IMG/VR virus record: IMGVR_UViG_3300032092_000004
Location: 89,131 to 153,130 of that record
DNA: 64,000 nucleotides
Strand: one strand, 5' to 3'
Source of the DNA: a virus
Part shown: one piece after another, positions 19,390 to 28,502 of the stretch
Layout of the letters: each line of letters opens with the position of its first letter
Numbering within the stretch: position 1 is the first letter of the stretch
Translations under genes and position numbers: made by a program
Notes under the pieces: model-generated
What the model saw: only the letters and a program-made list of their open reading frames with translations
Database searches by the model: none
Told to the model about the DNA's origin: nothing

Positions 19390-19634
19390 TGACAAAAGAA
19401 AACGACCTGATCTACGGGGTCTACGACAGAACAAGAGGAGTGGGTGGTTGTGACGACTACTTTGGGTACTTCAAAAAAGAATCAGACGCGAGAACAGAAA
19501 TGAAAGCTCAATTTGAACACTTAAAAACAAAAAACCCAAAAGAAACTCTGAAACTCCATAAAGATAGAGTTGTGAAAGTAAAAGATAAAACAGAAGAAAT
19601 ATTAATAATTATACACCCAATTTTAGTAAGATGA
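19389..19634 (+). CDS. Hypothetical protein (paralog of 16309..16530)
   Basis: IYGVYD...CDDYFGYFK. Confidence 0.65.
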   Translation: MTKENDLIYGVYDRTRGVGGCDDYFGYFKKESDARTEMKAQFEHLKTKNPKETLKLHKDRVVKVKDKTEEILIIIHPILVR

Positions 19635-20620
19635 GAGAGGACCAAATTCAAGACTACATCCAAGAGTTAAAGATGATTGAAGAAATGGAAAATATTAGAA
19701 TACCAAACGATTATATTGAAACAACTAGTTATGATGATGACAAGATTGTAACTAATTCACCAACATGTTGGGGAACATTACAAGATGAAGAGTTTGTACC
19801 AGCATTTAAATCAGTTCCTAAAGTACCATCCGGTATTTATGAAATTGTTTGGAACAGACAATTAAATCAACACACATTAAAAAAACAACCATTCAAGACA
19901 GATGAGTTGTATCAGTTACCTTCTTATGAAATTATAGATATCCTTAAAGACATTCAAAATTTTTGGGATCGTAAAGACAAGTATAAAGAATATAGTTTTG
20001 TTCACAAAAGAGGTATTTTAATGTATGGTGAACCAGGTTGTGGTAAGTCAGGTATTATTCAGTTAATCTCAAAACAATTAATTGAAAATGATGGTATTAT
20101 CATTAACATTAAAGATCAAGAAGATATTGATTACTTCATGGATTTTATTGCGACATTCAGAAAGATTGAACCAGATCGACCATTGATTGTTTTATTAGAA
20201 GACATAGACTCAATTGCCGGTGAGAATAGCCACTCAACAAGTAGATTGTTAAACATCTTAGATGGTGTAAAACAGATTGAAGATGTGGTGTATATTGCAA
20301 CAACCAACTATCCTGAAAAACTACAAGATCGTATTACTAACAGACCATCTCGTTTCGATAGAAGATACAAAGTTGAATTACCAAACGATGAGATTCGTGA
20401 AGCATATATTCGTCACAAATTAACAGACGAAGATATAAAAAATGTTGATGTCCAAGAATGGGTAAAAAGAACAGACGGAATGTCACTTTCACACTTGAAA
20501 GAAGTTGTAATTTCAACTATAGTTATGGGAAGAGAATTTGAGGAAGTGATGGATAACCTCGAAGGATTAAAGAAAGCACCATCAATTAAAGGATCAGGAA
20601 AAGTAGGATTTGGACGATGA
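19631..20620 (+). CDS. AAA+ ATPase
   Basis: GEPGCGKS Walker A, LLEDID Walker B, TTNYPE, RPSRFDR arginine finger. Confidence 0.9.
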   Translation: MREDQIQDYIQELKMIEEMENIRIPNDYIETTSYDDDKIVTNSPTCWGTLQDEEFVPAFKSVPKVPSGIYEIVWNRQLNQHTLKKQPFKTDELYQLPSYEIIDILKDIQNFWDRKDKYKEYSFVHKRGILMYGEPGCGKSGIIQLISKQLIENDGIIINIKDQEDIDYFMDFIATFRKIEPDRPLIVLLEDIDSIAGENSHSTSRLLNILDGVKQIEDVVYIATTNYPEKLQDRITNRPSRFDRRYKVELPNDEIREAYIRHKLTDEDIKNVDVQEWVKRTDGMSLSHLKEVVISTIVMGREFEEVMDNLEGLKKAPSIKGSGKVGFGR

Positions 20621-20769
20621 AAAAAGGAATTTATTATGTGCCATTATTTTTAATTTTGTTATTCGTAATGGGAGGAACATTTTATGTTGAGGATCGATTA
20701 GGATTTGCAATGTCTACATTATCATTGTTATTATTAGGTGAAGTTTATTATTTAAGATTTTTAAAATGA
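20617..20769 (+). CDS. Small 2-TM membrane protein (50 aa), not in ORF track
   Basis: Manual translation; ATGA coupling on both sides. Confidence 0.55.
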   Translation: MKKGIYYVPLFLILLFVMGGTFYVEDRLGFAMSTLSLLLLGEVYYLRFLK

Positions 20770-20933
20770 AGAATTTTAGTTTAATTATTGGATTGATATT
20801 ATTATCAAGTTGTAAAACATCAAAAAGTAACTGTGATGCATACTCATCATACGAGATAAAAGTAGAACACTGCCATATTGAGGAAGAAAATTATTGTTAT
20901 TATACAGTTGATACAATTCGCTTGACCAAGTAA
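20766..20933 (+). CDS. Small lipoprotein (55 aa), not in ORF track
   Basis: MKNFSLIIGLILLSSC lipobox. Confidence 0.6.
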   Translation: MKNFSLIIGLILLSSCKTSKSNCDAYSSYEIKVEHCHIEEENYCYYTVDTIRLTK

Positions 20934-20969
20934 AAAAGATTACTTATACTTTCAAAACAAAAATAAAAC

Positions 20970-21404
20970 ATGACAATTAAACAGGCACTTAAACAGAAAA
21001 ACAAACTGGTTAAAAACATTGCTGAGAACACGAAGTTGATGCAACAACACAACTCAGTTGAGGTTGGTAACCAAAGACCATACAGCACGGTGGTGTTGTA
21101 TAAAGAAATCCAAAAAGACACCAAAGAATTGGCGTCTTTGAAGGCAAAAATCCACATCGCAAACGCAGAGGTGATGGAAGACATCTTTTGGATGTCAGAA
21201 ATGAAATCCACAATTGCGGCCCTAAAGAAAATGGACTGTACTGAAGGAAAATCAAATCGTGACCGTTACCGAATGGAAAGTGAAGTGGTTTTAACTTCTG
21301 AAATCTCTTTAGTGAATAGAAATCAAGAGATCAAATTGTTGGAATCAAAAATTGAAGAAATTCAAGATAAGTTGGACACCTTCAACGTAACCACTGAAAT
21401 TTAA
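20970..21404 (+). CDS. DIP1984-like coiled-coil protein
   Basis: M.IKQALK N-terminus, LKAKIHIAN, C-terminal IQDKLDTFNVTTEI. Confidence 0.65.
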   Translation: MTIKQALKQKNKLVKNIAENTKLMQQHNSVEVGNQRPYSTVVLYKEIQKDTKELASLKAKIHIANAEVMEDIFWMSEMKSTIAALKKMDCTEGKSNRDRYRMESEVVLTSEISLVNRNQEIKLLESKIEEIQDKLDTFNVTTEI

Positions 21405-21583
21405 TATGGTTTGTAGATAGGGTTAAAAAGTTATGGTTGTTCTACACTTAGTATCCGACTGGATGGATAATTGATGAAGATAACGAACTGACATTAAACG
21501 AAATTTCAAATATTCAAAAGTCATTTGATTAAAACTTAAAACTCTCTTTTGAACCTATTTTCGACTCTTGAAACAAATCATAT
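21404..21583 (+). ncRNA. Candidate structured ncRNA (~180 nt)
   Basis: Nested long-range stems 21404-14/21573-83 and 21415-30/21546-60, internal hairpin 21452-69, short A-rich repeats; followed by a terminator. Confidence 0.55.
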
Positions 21584-21700
21584 GAACCCCTATCCTTGTG
21601 GTGGGGGTTTTTAAAAGACCCCATCCTTAGTGGTGGGCTTTTAGGACCGTTATCCGTTAGGGTAACGATTTAAAGGGGGAATTCGCTACTCCCCCTTTTC
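21584..21700 (+). terminator. Train of four GC-rich hairpins including terminator(s)
   Basis: Hairpins at ~21585-21611, 21613-21642, 21647-21667 and 21672-21699. Confidence 0.65.
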
Positions 21701-21800
21701 TATTTGGCATATACCATTATCATTTGTATATGTGGGGAATTTTATTTATATTTGTGGTAATTATGTTGGCTATTTTTAAAAAAAATCAAAAACTCAAACG

Positions 21801-22388
21801 ATGAAAGTTTTATTTTTAGATAATGATGGTGTAATCTGTCTCTCAAATAATTGGGGTGGAAGAACAAAAAAATGGGCTAAATACCGAAGTGAATATCCTG
21901 ACAGTAGTAAAGAAAAAAAAGAGGCTCCTGTTGATTATCGCTTTGATGATTTTGATAAAAAGGCTGTTAAGGTATTAAATGAGATCGTCGAAGAAACAGG
22001 ATGTGAGATTGTTGTTAGCTCTGATTGGAAATTACACGCGACACTTGAAGAACTTGGTGATTACTACGAAAGTCAAGGAATTATCAAACGACCAATCGCG
22101 TTAACACCAAACATTCAGAATTGTACCGCTCATAGCGATTTATTTATATGGTCACCACAATGGGAGTTAGAACAAACACGAACTCTTGAGATTAGACAAT
22201 ACTTACACGATCATCCTGAAGTTACTCATTGGGTTTCAGTTGATGATTTGAACATGGGTAAGAATGGTGAACCTTGGAAAGACGCTTGGGCAATTGATAA
22301 TTTTGTTTTAACACCTAAATCAAATGAGGGTATCAAACAAAGTGGAGTAAAAGAAAAAATTATTAAATTTTTAAATGATGGTGAATAA
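21801..22388 (+). CDS. HAD-family phosphatase of the Swiss-Army-Knife RNA repair type
   Basis: FLDNDGV, VVSSDW, VSVDDL. Confidence 0.8.
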   Translation: MKVLFLDNDGVICLSNNWGGRTKKWAKYRSEYPDSSKEKKEAPVDYRFDDFDKKAVKVLNEIVEETGCEIVVSSDWKLHATLEELGDYYESQGIIKRPIALTPNIQNCTAHSDLFIWSPQWELEQTRTLEIRQYLHDHPEVTHWVSVDDLNMGKNGEPWKDAWAIDNFVLTPKSNEGIKQSGVKEKIIKFLNDGE

Positions 22389-22608
22389 AAAAATAAATGA
22401 GAAAGAATTATGGTGTGAGTACAGCAATATGCCATCACCTATTGCTTATGCTCAATGTGCTGACTACGATAGTATGGGTAATCACGGAAGATTTCCAAAA
22501 ATAAAAGATGAAAAAATAACTATCTTGAAAAGACTAATACAGAAATTAGCTCTTTGGGTATCATATAAATTACCTAAGAGAAAAAGAAAAAGTATATGGG
22601 ATCTATGA
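22375..22608 (+). CDS. Hypothetical protein
   Basis: 77-aa ORF. Confidence 0.5.
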   Translation: MMVNKKINEKELWCEYSNMPSPIAYAQCADYDSMGNHGRFPKIKDEKITILKRLIQKLALWVSYKLPKRKRKSIWDL

Positions 22609-22916
22609 AGAACATAAAACAAATATTTAAGACTAATACCCATCTGATGGATCATCCTGAAGTTCAGGAATTGATCGATTATTGTGTTGAGTTAGAAGGT
22701 CAAGTTGTTGAAAAAAAAATTGATGATACTTATAGTAAAGAAGAGATTTATCTTCAGATGCTTAAGGACATCTATGATAGTTGTGATAAAACTTTGACTG
22801 ATGATCAGCTGTCAGAAAGGTTTAAGGAGACACCAAGAGTGGACTTCAAGCAAGCTGTGATAAATCTAAAAAAATATATGGGAGCCGTATCACAAATGTA
22901 CGGGTTTATGTTATGA
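22596..22916 (+). CDS. Hypothetical protein
   Basis: 106-aa ORF. Confidence 0.65.
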   Translation: MGSMKNIKQIFKTNTHLMDHPEVQELIDYCVELEGQVVEKKIDDTYSKEEIYLQMLKDIYDSCDKTLTDDQLSERFKETPRVDFKQAVINLKKYMGAVSQMYGFML

Positions 22917-23230
22917 GTGAAAATACAAAACAAACAGTTAAATTAATTATGGTTGAGGAAAGACCATATGTTGTGTCCTTAGACAAAGTAGAAATTGGTG
23001 ATAAAGTTATTGTTACGGTGAACGGTCAATACCCATCGATTGTTGAATGTGAAAACCAAACAGTTCTCACATTGTTAACTGATTCTAAACTATCATTAAC
23101 CAAGGCTTTCAAAATCTTTATGGAACCTGAGAACATTAAATTCCAACCAGACCAAATTGAAAAGATTTTGGAAAATGATGGATTGATGGAGGTTGAGTTT
23201 GATAATGGCGTGTATAAGTATAGTTTATGA
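22913..23230 (+). CDS. Hypothetical protein
   Basis: 105-aa ORF. Confidence 0.65.
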   Translation: MSENTKQTVKLIMVEERPYVVSLDKVEIGDKVIVTVNGQYPSIVECENQTVLTLLTDSKLSLTKAFKIFMEPENIKFQPDQIEKILENDGLMEVEFDNGVYKYSL

Positions 23231-23317
23231 TATTTACAACACAAACCAAATAAGCGTTACTTCAAATCATACTTTATGTTTTAATTTGAAGGACAAATAA
23301 AATTTAAATTTTTAAAG

Positions 23318-23539
23318 ATGAAAACACTTGATTTACATGGAGTTAAACATGCAGATGTTCCAAAATTGATGGATCAATTTTTATGGGAACAGATGAATAA
23401 AAAAACTATAGAAGTTGAGATCATTACAGGATTGAGTACGACCATGAGAGAAATTGTAATAAAAAATTTAAAAGATTATGATTTTATTTACAACGATGGG
23501 TGGAACAATCCTGGTAAGGTATTGGTTAAATTAACATAA
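23318..23539 (+). CDS. Stand-alone Smr/MutS2 C-terminal-like domain
   Basis: TLDLHG, IITG, NPG motifs. Confidence 0.75.
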   Translation: MKTLDLHGVKHADVPKLMDQFLWEQMNKKTIEVEIITGLSTTMREIVIKNLKDYDFIYNDGWNNPGKVLVKLT

Positions 23540-23596
23540 TAAAAAAAGTTGAATCCCCCGGTTGAATAAGTCGGGGGTTTTTTGTATCTTTACTTT

Positions 23597-25354
23597 ATGT
23601 TAGAAGTAGAAGGTAAAACATTTCATAAGTTTGTAGAGATAAAGAACTATAGAACTAGTTTATATCTTAACTATTGTGATATAAATCAAAAAGATAGAAA
23701 TGTCTTAGGTTTGTATGTTGAAACAAAACATAAAGACAAGTTCTTTTCTGATGTTCAGTTCTATACTGAAGATGCTTTTGTTAAACATTTTGGAAATCCA
23801 TTTGCGTCAGTCCATTTTGATAGAGTAAGATTATTCATAGAAGAGGGTGATGATAAAATATCAATCAAACACCAATTTCACATAAAAAATAGACAAGTAG
23901 GTGGTAGGTACTTCACAGAAAGAAAGGTAACAAACTACCTCACATTCAATTTCAAAAAGAAAATGTTTTATTCAGGAACATTCTCAACCAAAAAGAAACA
24001 AGTTATTGGAAGAAGTATGAAAGTGAATCCAACATACTTCGTTATAGAAACTTTTTTAAGGAGTCTTAGAATTGAAAATAGTGTTGCTGTGGAACAGTAC
24101 CTTTATTTTTTCTTAGAAAAGATTTGGGATAGAATGGGGATTGAAAACCCACAAAACTTTCAGTGGGATTGTATGAGGTCTTTTTATAGTTTAACTTACT
24201 ATTTGGTTAATGGTATTAAAATCCCAAACAATTGGAGAAAATTCACAGGCACATTCTTTTCTAAAAAAGAATTGAAGAAGTTTGATATGAACTTGGTTGA
24301 TACCGCGATGGATAAACTAAAACTCAAAGGATCCAAAGTTAAACAGATTTTCAATGAAATGGAATGGATTGATTTTGATAGGTTGTATATGGTTTATAAC
24401 ATTTTAGGTATTGACAGGTTTAATAAAATTGAAAACAAAGTATTTGACCCATACTATGGCGATGAGACAATGCCAATTGAGATGAATCAAATGGGTGCGT
24501 CTTATGAATGTTTTTATTCAGATAAAGAACAATTTAGTCGATATTTCTTGGGTAGAATATTAGTTCCTTTAACTCCAAAAGAAAAAGATAGAATTTTAGA
24601 TTTGATGCCATATTTTGACCATTATAAATGGAGAACCTTAATTGATCATTTAGAGATGAAAAAAGATTTAATGAATCTTGGAGAGGATGTTAAATTTAAA
24701 TTCACAAACATGAGTAGTTTTAATTTAGAACACGAGGAGTTTAGTCGTCTTTTACAATCATACAGAAAAGGTGAGGTTGAAAGATTTTATGGTAATGCCG
24801 ATAGTTTAGAAACTCCAATTGAACACGAAGGTGAAACATATTATCCGGTACTTCTTACTAAAACATCGGACTACGAAAAAGAATCACAACACCAACGAAA
24901 TTGTGTTAGAACTTATAGTGAAAGGCCTGATTGTATTATATTCTCAATTCGTAAAGGATCCTCAGATGGTGATGATAGAGTTACGGTTGAATACCAATAC
25001 AGAAAAAATGAGATATTGAATGTTCAAGAGAGAGCGAAGTTTAATGCTTTACCTTCAGATGAGTTTTCACAAGTTGCCAAAATACAACTTGCGAACATCA
25101 ACCTTATGTATAAACTTGGAACTTTGAAGTTGCCAAGGTTGGTTAAAAAATATCGTAGCGGTAAAGTTATTGAACAACAAGCAACCTTTGATGAAATGAG
25201 TGTGAGTGAGAAAAGATATGAATCAAGAATTATAAATATGACACCACAATGGGACACCTACACACCTGAATTACAAAATTGGCAAAATGAACTTTTGGAC
25301 TATAATGAAATACCTGTTAGAGATTTTGCTGATTGGATTGATGAATTACCATAA
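23597..25354 (+). CDS. PcfJ-like domain protein
   Basis: C-terminal EKESQHQRNCVRTY...IFSIR...RVTVE. Confidence 0.7.
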   Translation: MLEVEGKTFHKFVEIKNYRTSLYLNYCDINQKDRNVLGLYVETKHKDKFFSDVQFYTEDAFVKHFGNPFASVHFDRVRLFIEEGDDKISIKHQFHIKNRQVGGRYFTERKVTNYLTFNFKKKMFYSGTFSTKKKQVIGRSMKVNPTYFVIETFLRSLRIENSVAVEQYLYFFLEKIWDRMGIENPQNFQWDCMRSFYSLTYYLVNGIKIPNNWRKFTGTFFSKKELKKFDMNLVDTAMDKLKLKGSKVKQIFNEMEWIDFDRLYMVYNILGIDRFNKIENKVFDPYYGDETMPIEMNQMGASYECFYSDKEQFSRYFLGRILVPLTPKEKDRILDLMPYFDHYKWRTLIDHLEMKKDLMNLGEDVKFKFTNMSSFNLEHEEFSRLLQSYRKGEVERFYGNADSLETPIEHEGETYYPVLLTKTSDYEKESQHQRNCVRTYSERPDCIIFSIRKGSSDGDDRVTVEYQYRKNEILNVQERAKFNALPSDEFSQVAKIQLANINLMYKLGTLKLPRLVKKYRSGKVIEQQATFDEMSVSEKRYESRIINMTPQWDTYTPELQNWQNELLDYNEIPVRDFADWIDELP

Positions 25355-25372
25355 AATTATTATATTTGTAAA

Positions 25373-25651
25373 ATGGAAGACAAACAGTACGAGTTACTAA
25401 ACGAAATGATCGTTAAAATTAACGAGGCAAGAACCTATAACATAATTTCAGGTATACTTATACTTCTTTGGGTTATTGAATGTTTCTTTGAAATTTTTTG
25501 GATTCAAAAATTTGATGGGTTTTATTGGGTAATTTGGATTTTTTGTATGGTTGGTTGGTACCACATGAATCAAAAGTTCAGAGGTGCTATGAATGAATAT
25601 GAAGAATTAAAAAAAGAATACGATATAAGATTTGATGATGAAAACAATTAA
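25373..25651 (+). CDS. 2-TM membrane protein
   Basis: Two hydrophobic segments; TATATTTG 4 nt upstream. Confidence 0.65.
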   Translation: MEDKQYELLNEMIVKINEARTYNIISGILILLWVIECFFEIFWIQKFDGFYWVIWIFCMVGWYHMNQKFRGAMNEYEELKKEYDIRFDDENN

Positions 25652-25883
25652 TATTTTACTACTAACTATTTTATTATTTTCCTGTACAGGAAAAAAATAC
25701 AAGTACGAAATTAAAGGAAAAGTTTATGTACCAACCTCAGGAGTAAACCCTCTACACGACGCAATTTGGTACACAGACACAATAAATTTTGATGGAGATA
25801 CGATATATTACTTCAACAGTGATGGATCTGAAGTCAGAATCAATCCACCATTTATTTTAATTGATCATACATTAGACAAATGA
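25638..25883 (+). CDS. Putative lipoprotein
   Basis: LLFSC lipobox. Confidence 0.6.
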   Translation: MKTINILLLTILLFSCTGKKYKYEIKGKVYVPTSGVNPLHDAIWYTDTINFDGDTIYYFNSDGSEVRINPPFILIDHTLDK

Positions 25884-26461
25884 AAATATACAAACAACTA
25901 CCTATCCCTGAAGATAGTGCTTGGAGTAGAAATACTTTATACGGTAAACTACATTGGAGAATAAGATATTTCCTTACCGGTATTAAAAACATCATCAGAT
26001 GGATACCAACTATATATCATGACAGAGATTGGGATGGAGATTATATTTTAAAGATCTTACAAAAGAAAATAGAGTACCAAAGAAAAGAACTTGTCAATGC
26101 CAATAGACATACAGAGGTTGAAAGAGATAATCGTTATATGACCTTGGCTCTTAACTTACTTGAAAGAGTCAGACAAGACCACTATTCATTAGAGTGTATG
26201 GATTATTGGGATAATACTATGAGTTTTGAGGATGTACCAGATAACCCAAACTTAAAATCTATTGAGATTGAAACAACTGCGGAAAGATTTGAAGAGTACT
26301 TAAATAAATATCCTTCTTCAGTTCGTGCTATCATTAAAGAACATGGTGAACAAGATGACAAAAAACGTTTATGTTTATTAGTATCTTACTATAATCATAA
26401 TAAAGCAAATAAACTTCTTTTCCGAGTTTTAGAGGAAAGACTAGCCCAATGGTGGGATTAA
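25880..26461 (+). CDS. Hypothetical phage protein
   Basis: DRDWD motif and terminal WWD. Confidence 0.7.
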   Translation: MKIYKQLPIPEDSAWSRNTLYGKLHWRIRYFLTGIKNIIRWIPTIYHDRDWDGDYILKILQKKIEYQRKELVNANRHTEVERDNRYMTLALNLLERVRQDHYSLECMDYWDNTMSFEDVPDNPNLKSIEIETTAERFEEYLNKYPSSVRAIIKEHGEQDDKKRLCLLVSYYNHNKANKLLFRVLEERLAQWWD

Positions 26462-26471
26462 AAACAAAATT

Positions 26472-26651
26472 ATGCAAGACAAAAGAATTATACACGGACA
26501 ATTGATGAATGAACATCGAAAATTAGCAAACGAGATTGCCGATATCAAGGCAAATAGTTACGAACTAAATGAGGAAGAAAAAAGAAAGGTTGCCGATCTA
26601 CAAAGACGACAAATGGTCATAATGAAACAACTTGAAAATTTGTTTAGATAG
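26472..26651 (+). CDS. Small coiled-coil protein (59 aa), not in ORF track
   Basis: Manual translation MQDKRIIHGQL...; fills gap between genes. Confidence 0.6.
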   Translation: MQDKRIIHGQLMNEHRKLANEIADIKANSYELNEEEKRKVADLQRRQMVIMKQLENLFR

Positions 26652-26652
26652 T

Positions 26653-27579
26653 ATGAGAGTAGTTGTAACTGGAGGAGCGGGATTTATTGGTTCCGCATTT
26701 ATAAATTATTTATTGGATAACTTTGAATGTGATGTTCTTTGTGTTGATAAACTAACATATGCCGGACGTAGAGAGAACATTAAACATAATGTTTCATTTT
26801 TACAAAAAGATATTTGTGACGTAACTGCCGATGAATTAGGTGAATTTGATTATATGGTTCATTTTGCTGCAGAATCACATGTTGACAATTCAATCACTAA
26901 CGGGTTACCATTTGTGAGAACAAACGTAGAAGGAACATTCAACCTATTAGAGATATCAAGAAAAAATAAAAACCTTAAGAAATTTATTCACATCTCAACA
27001 GATGAAGTTTATGGTGACATGGATGATCATATCGCAATCAATCACATAGCACAAGAAGGAGATAACTTATCACCAAGTTCATATTATTCGGCAACAAAGG
27101 CCGCTTCGGATATGTTGGTATTATCTGCTAACAGAACTTACGGATTACCTTATTTGATCACAAGAACTTGTAATAACTTTGGTGAACATCAGTTTGAAGA
27201 AAAGTTTTTACCAACAATTGCAAGATCAATCCAAGAAGGAAAACCAATACCTGTTTATGGTGATGGAAAACAAGTCAGAGAGTGGATGTATGTTCATGAT
27301 AACGTTAAAGTTATTTGTGATTTCATGTTTGATGATACTATCATTAACCAAATAATGAATATTGGAACAGGATTTAGAGTTACAAATTTGGATATCATTA
27401 ATAAGATTGCATCGATTCTAAATAAAGAAGTTCAAATAAAACATGTTGAAGATAGATTAGGTCATGATAGAAAGTACGGACTATTTTCAAAAAAGATGAT
27501 GTGGTTTTATCAAAAAAAAGAAGAGACAATTGACTTTAAAAACCTTTATAATTATTTAGAAGAACAATATGGAAAATAG
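26653..27579 (+). CDS. rfbB: dTDP-glucose 4,6-dehydratase
   Basis: VTGGAGFIGS, DKLTYAG, AAESHVD, STDEVYG, YSATK, GHDRKY. Confidence 0.93.
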   Translation: MRVVVTGGAGFIGSAFINYLLDNFECDVLCVDKLTYAGRRENIKHNVSFLQKDICDVTADELGEFDYMVHFAAESHVDNSITNGLPFVRTNVEGTFNLLEISRKNKNLKKFIHISTDEVYGDMDDHIAINHIAQEGDNLSPSSYYSATKAASDMLVLSANRTYGLPYLITRTCNNFGEHQFEEKFLPTIARSIQEGKPIPVYGDGKQVREWMYVHDNVKVICDFMFDDTIINQIMNIGTGFRVTNLDIINKIASILNKEVQIKHVEDRLGHDRKYGLFSKKMMWFYQKKEETIDFKNLYNYLEEQYGK

Positions 27580-27814
27580 AAGCAGACACTACGGAGATGT
27601 AGGAAAATGGATTGAAAAAGTAATTGACTCTTGTAAGACAACTGATCAAGTTATGACAACAAGAAAATTAATTAAAAACTTTGACAAACAAATACAAAAT
27701 AAACATATTGACGCTTACTGGCACACATACTATTACGAGTTAATACAACCACTTGAATACTACCTACAAAGTAAAAGCGACGAAATCTTTAATGAAAAAC
27801 TCAAACAATGTTAG
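27569..27814 (+). CDS. Hypothetical protein
   Basis: 81-aa ORF. Confidence 0.6.
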   Translation: MENRSRHYGDVGKWIEKVIDSCKTTDQVMTTRKLIKNFDKQIQNKHIDAYWHTYYYELIQPLEYYLQSKSDEIFNEKLKQC

Positions 27815-28059
27815 GGTATTTAATAACTAAAAATGATGAGTGGATGGTGAAATATGATGATGGTGGAAATTTAAAGTTCTACCCATTATGCCCTGATACT
27901 CAAAAATGGTCAGAAAAACCTGAAACTAAAAAATTTTTAAAAGAAGAAATTGAGGTGGTATTTGATTTCATTGTTATGGGTGAATATTGTGAAACCAAAG
28001 AACAAATGACCAAAAATTACTTTGCAAAAATTAAACGAATAGAACACCACAGTTTATAA
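27808..28059 (+). CDS. Hypothetical protein
   Basis: 83-aa ORF. Confidence 0.6.
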   Translation: MLGYLITKNDEWMVKYDDGGNLKFYPLCPDTQKWSEKPETKKFLKEEIEVVFDFIVMGEYCETKEQMTKNYFAKIKRIEHHSL

Positions 28060-28502
28060 TGAAAGATTTAACAAACTTCAGAATCATCAGATTCGAATAC
28101 CCATTCCCAACGGAAGAACTTACGGTAAGAATTTGGGATAAGATGGATGAAACTGAAACAAAATGGGCAATCCAATTGACCTTGAAAGGAATTAATGATA
28201 CGGGAGATTCGCCTATGGGTTCTTGGGATATATTCTTCTTGGATGATAAGTTACAAGAAAAAATTGAAGAGATATTAAAAAAGTATGACGTACCTTTCAA
28301 GATAGAAGATCGTAGCGATCGTTTATTAAATGATCTTGAATACTTCTCAGAAGAATTTTTGGAAAAATTAGATTCGTACTTAGGTGAGAATTTGACTATT
28401 GATGATATTTTGGATAGAATTTTAGAAGTAGGTTATGAAAATATAACTGTGTTTGAAAAATACTATTTAGGAAACAACATCGAGATTAGAGAAAAAAAAT
28501 GA
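28059..28502 (+). CDS. Hypothetical protein
   Basis: 147-aa ORF. Confidence 0.65.
   Translation: MKDLTNFRIIRFEYPFPTEELTVRIWDKMDETETKWAIQLTLKGINDTGDSPMGSWDIFFLDDKLQEKIEEILKKYDVPFKIEDRSDRLLNDLEYFSEEFLEKLDSYLGENLTIDDILDRILEVGYENITVFEKYYLGNNIEIREKK

Noticed and set aside
21404-21800. tRNA or tmRNA in the large intergenic gap
   Set aside because: No cloverleaf, GTTCRA T-loop or CCA end recognisable; kept only as a candidate novel ncRNA
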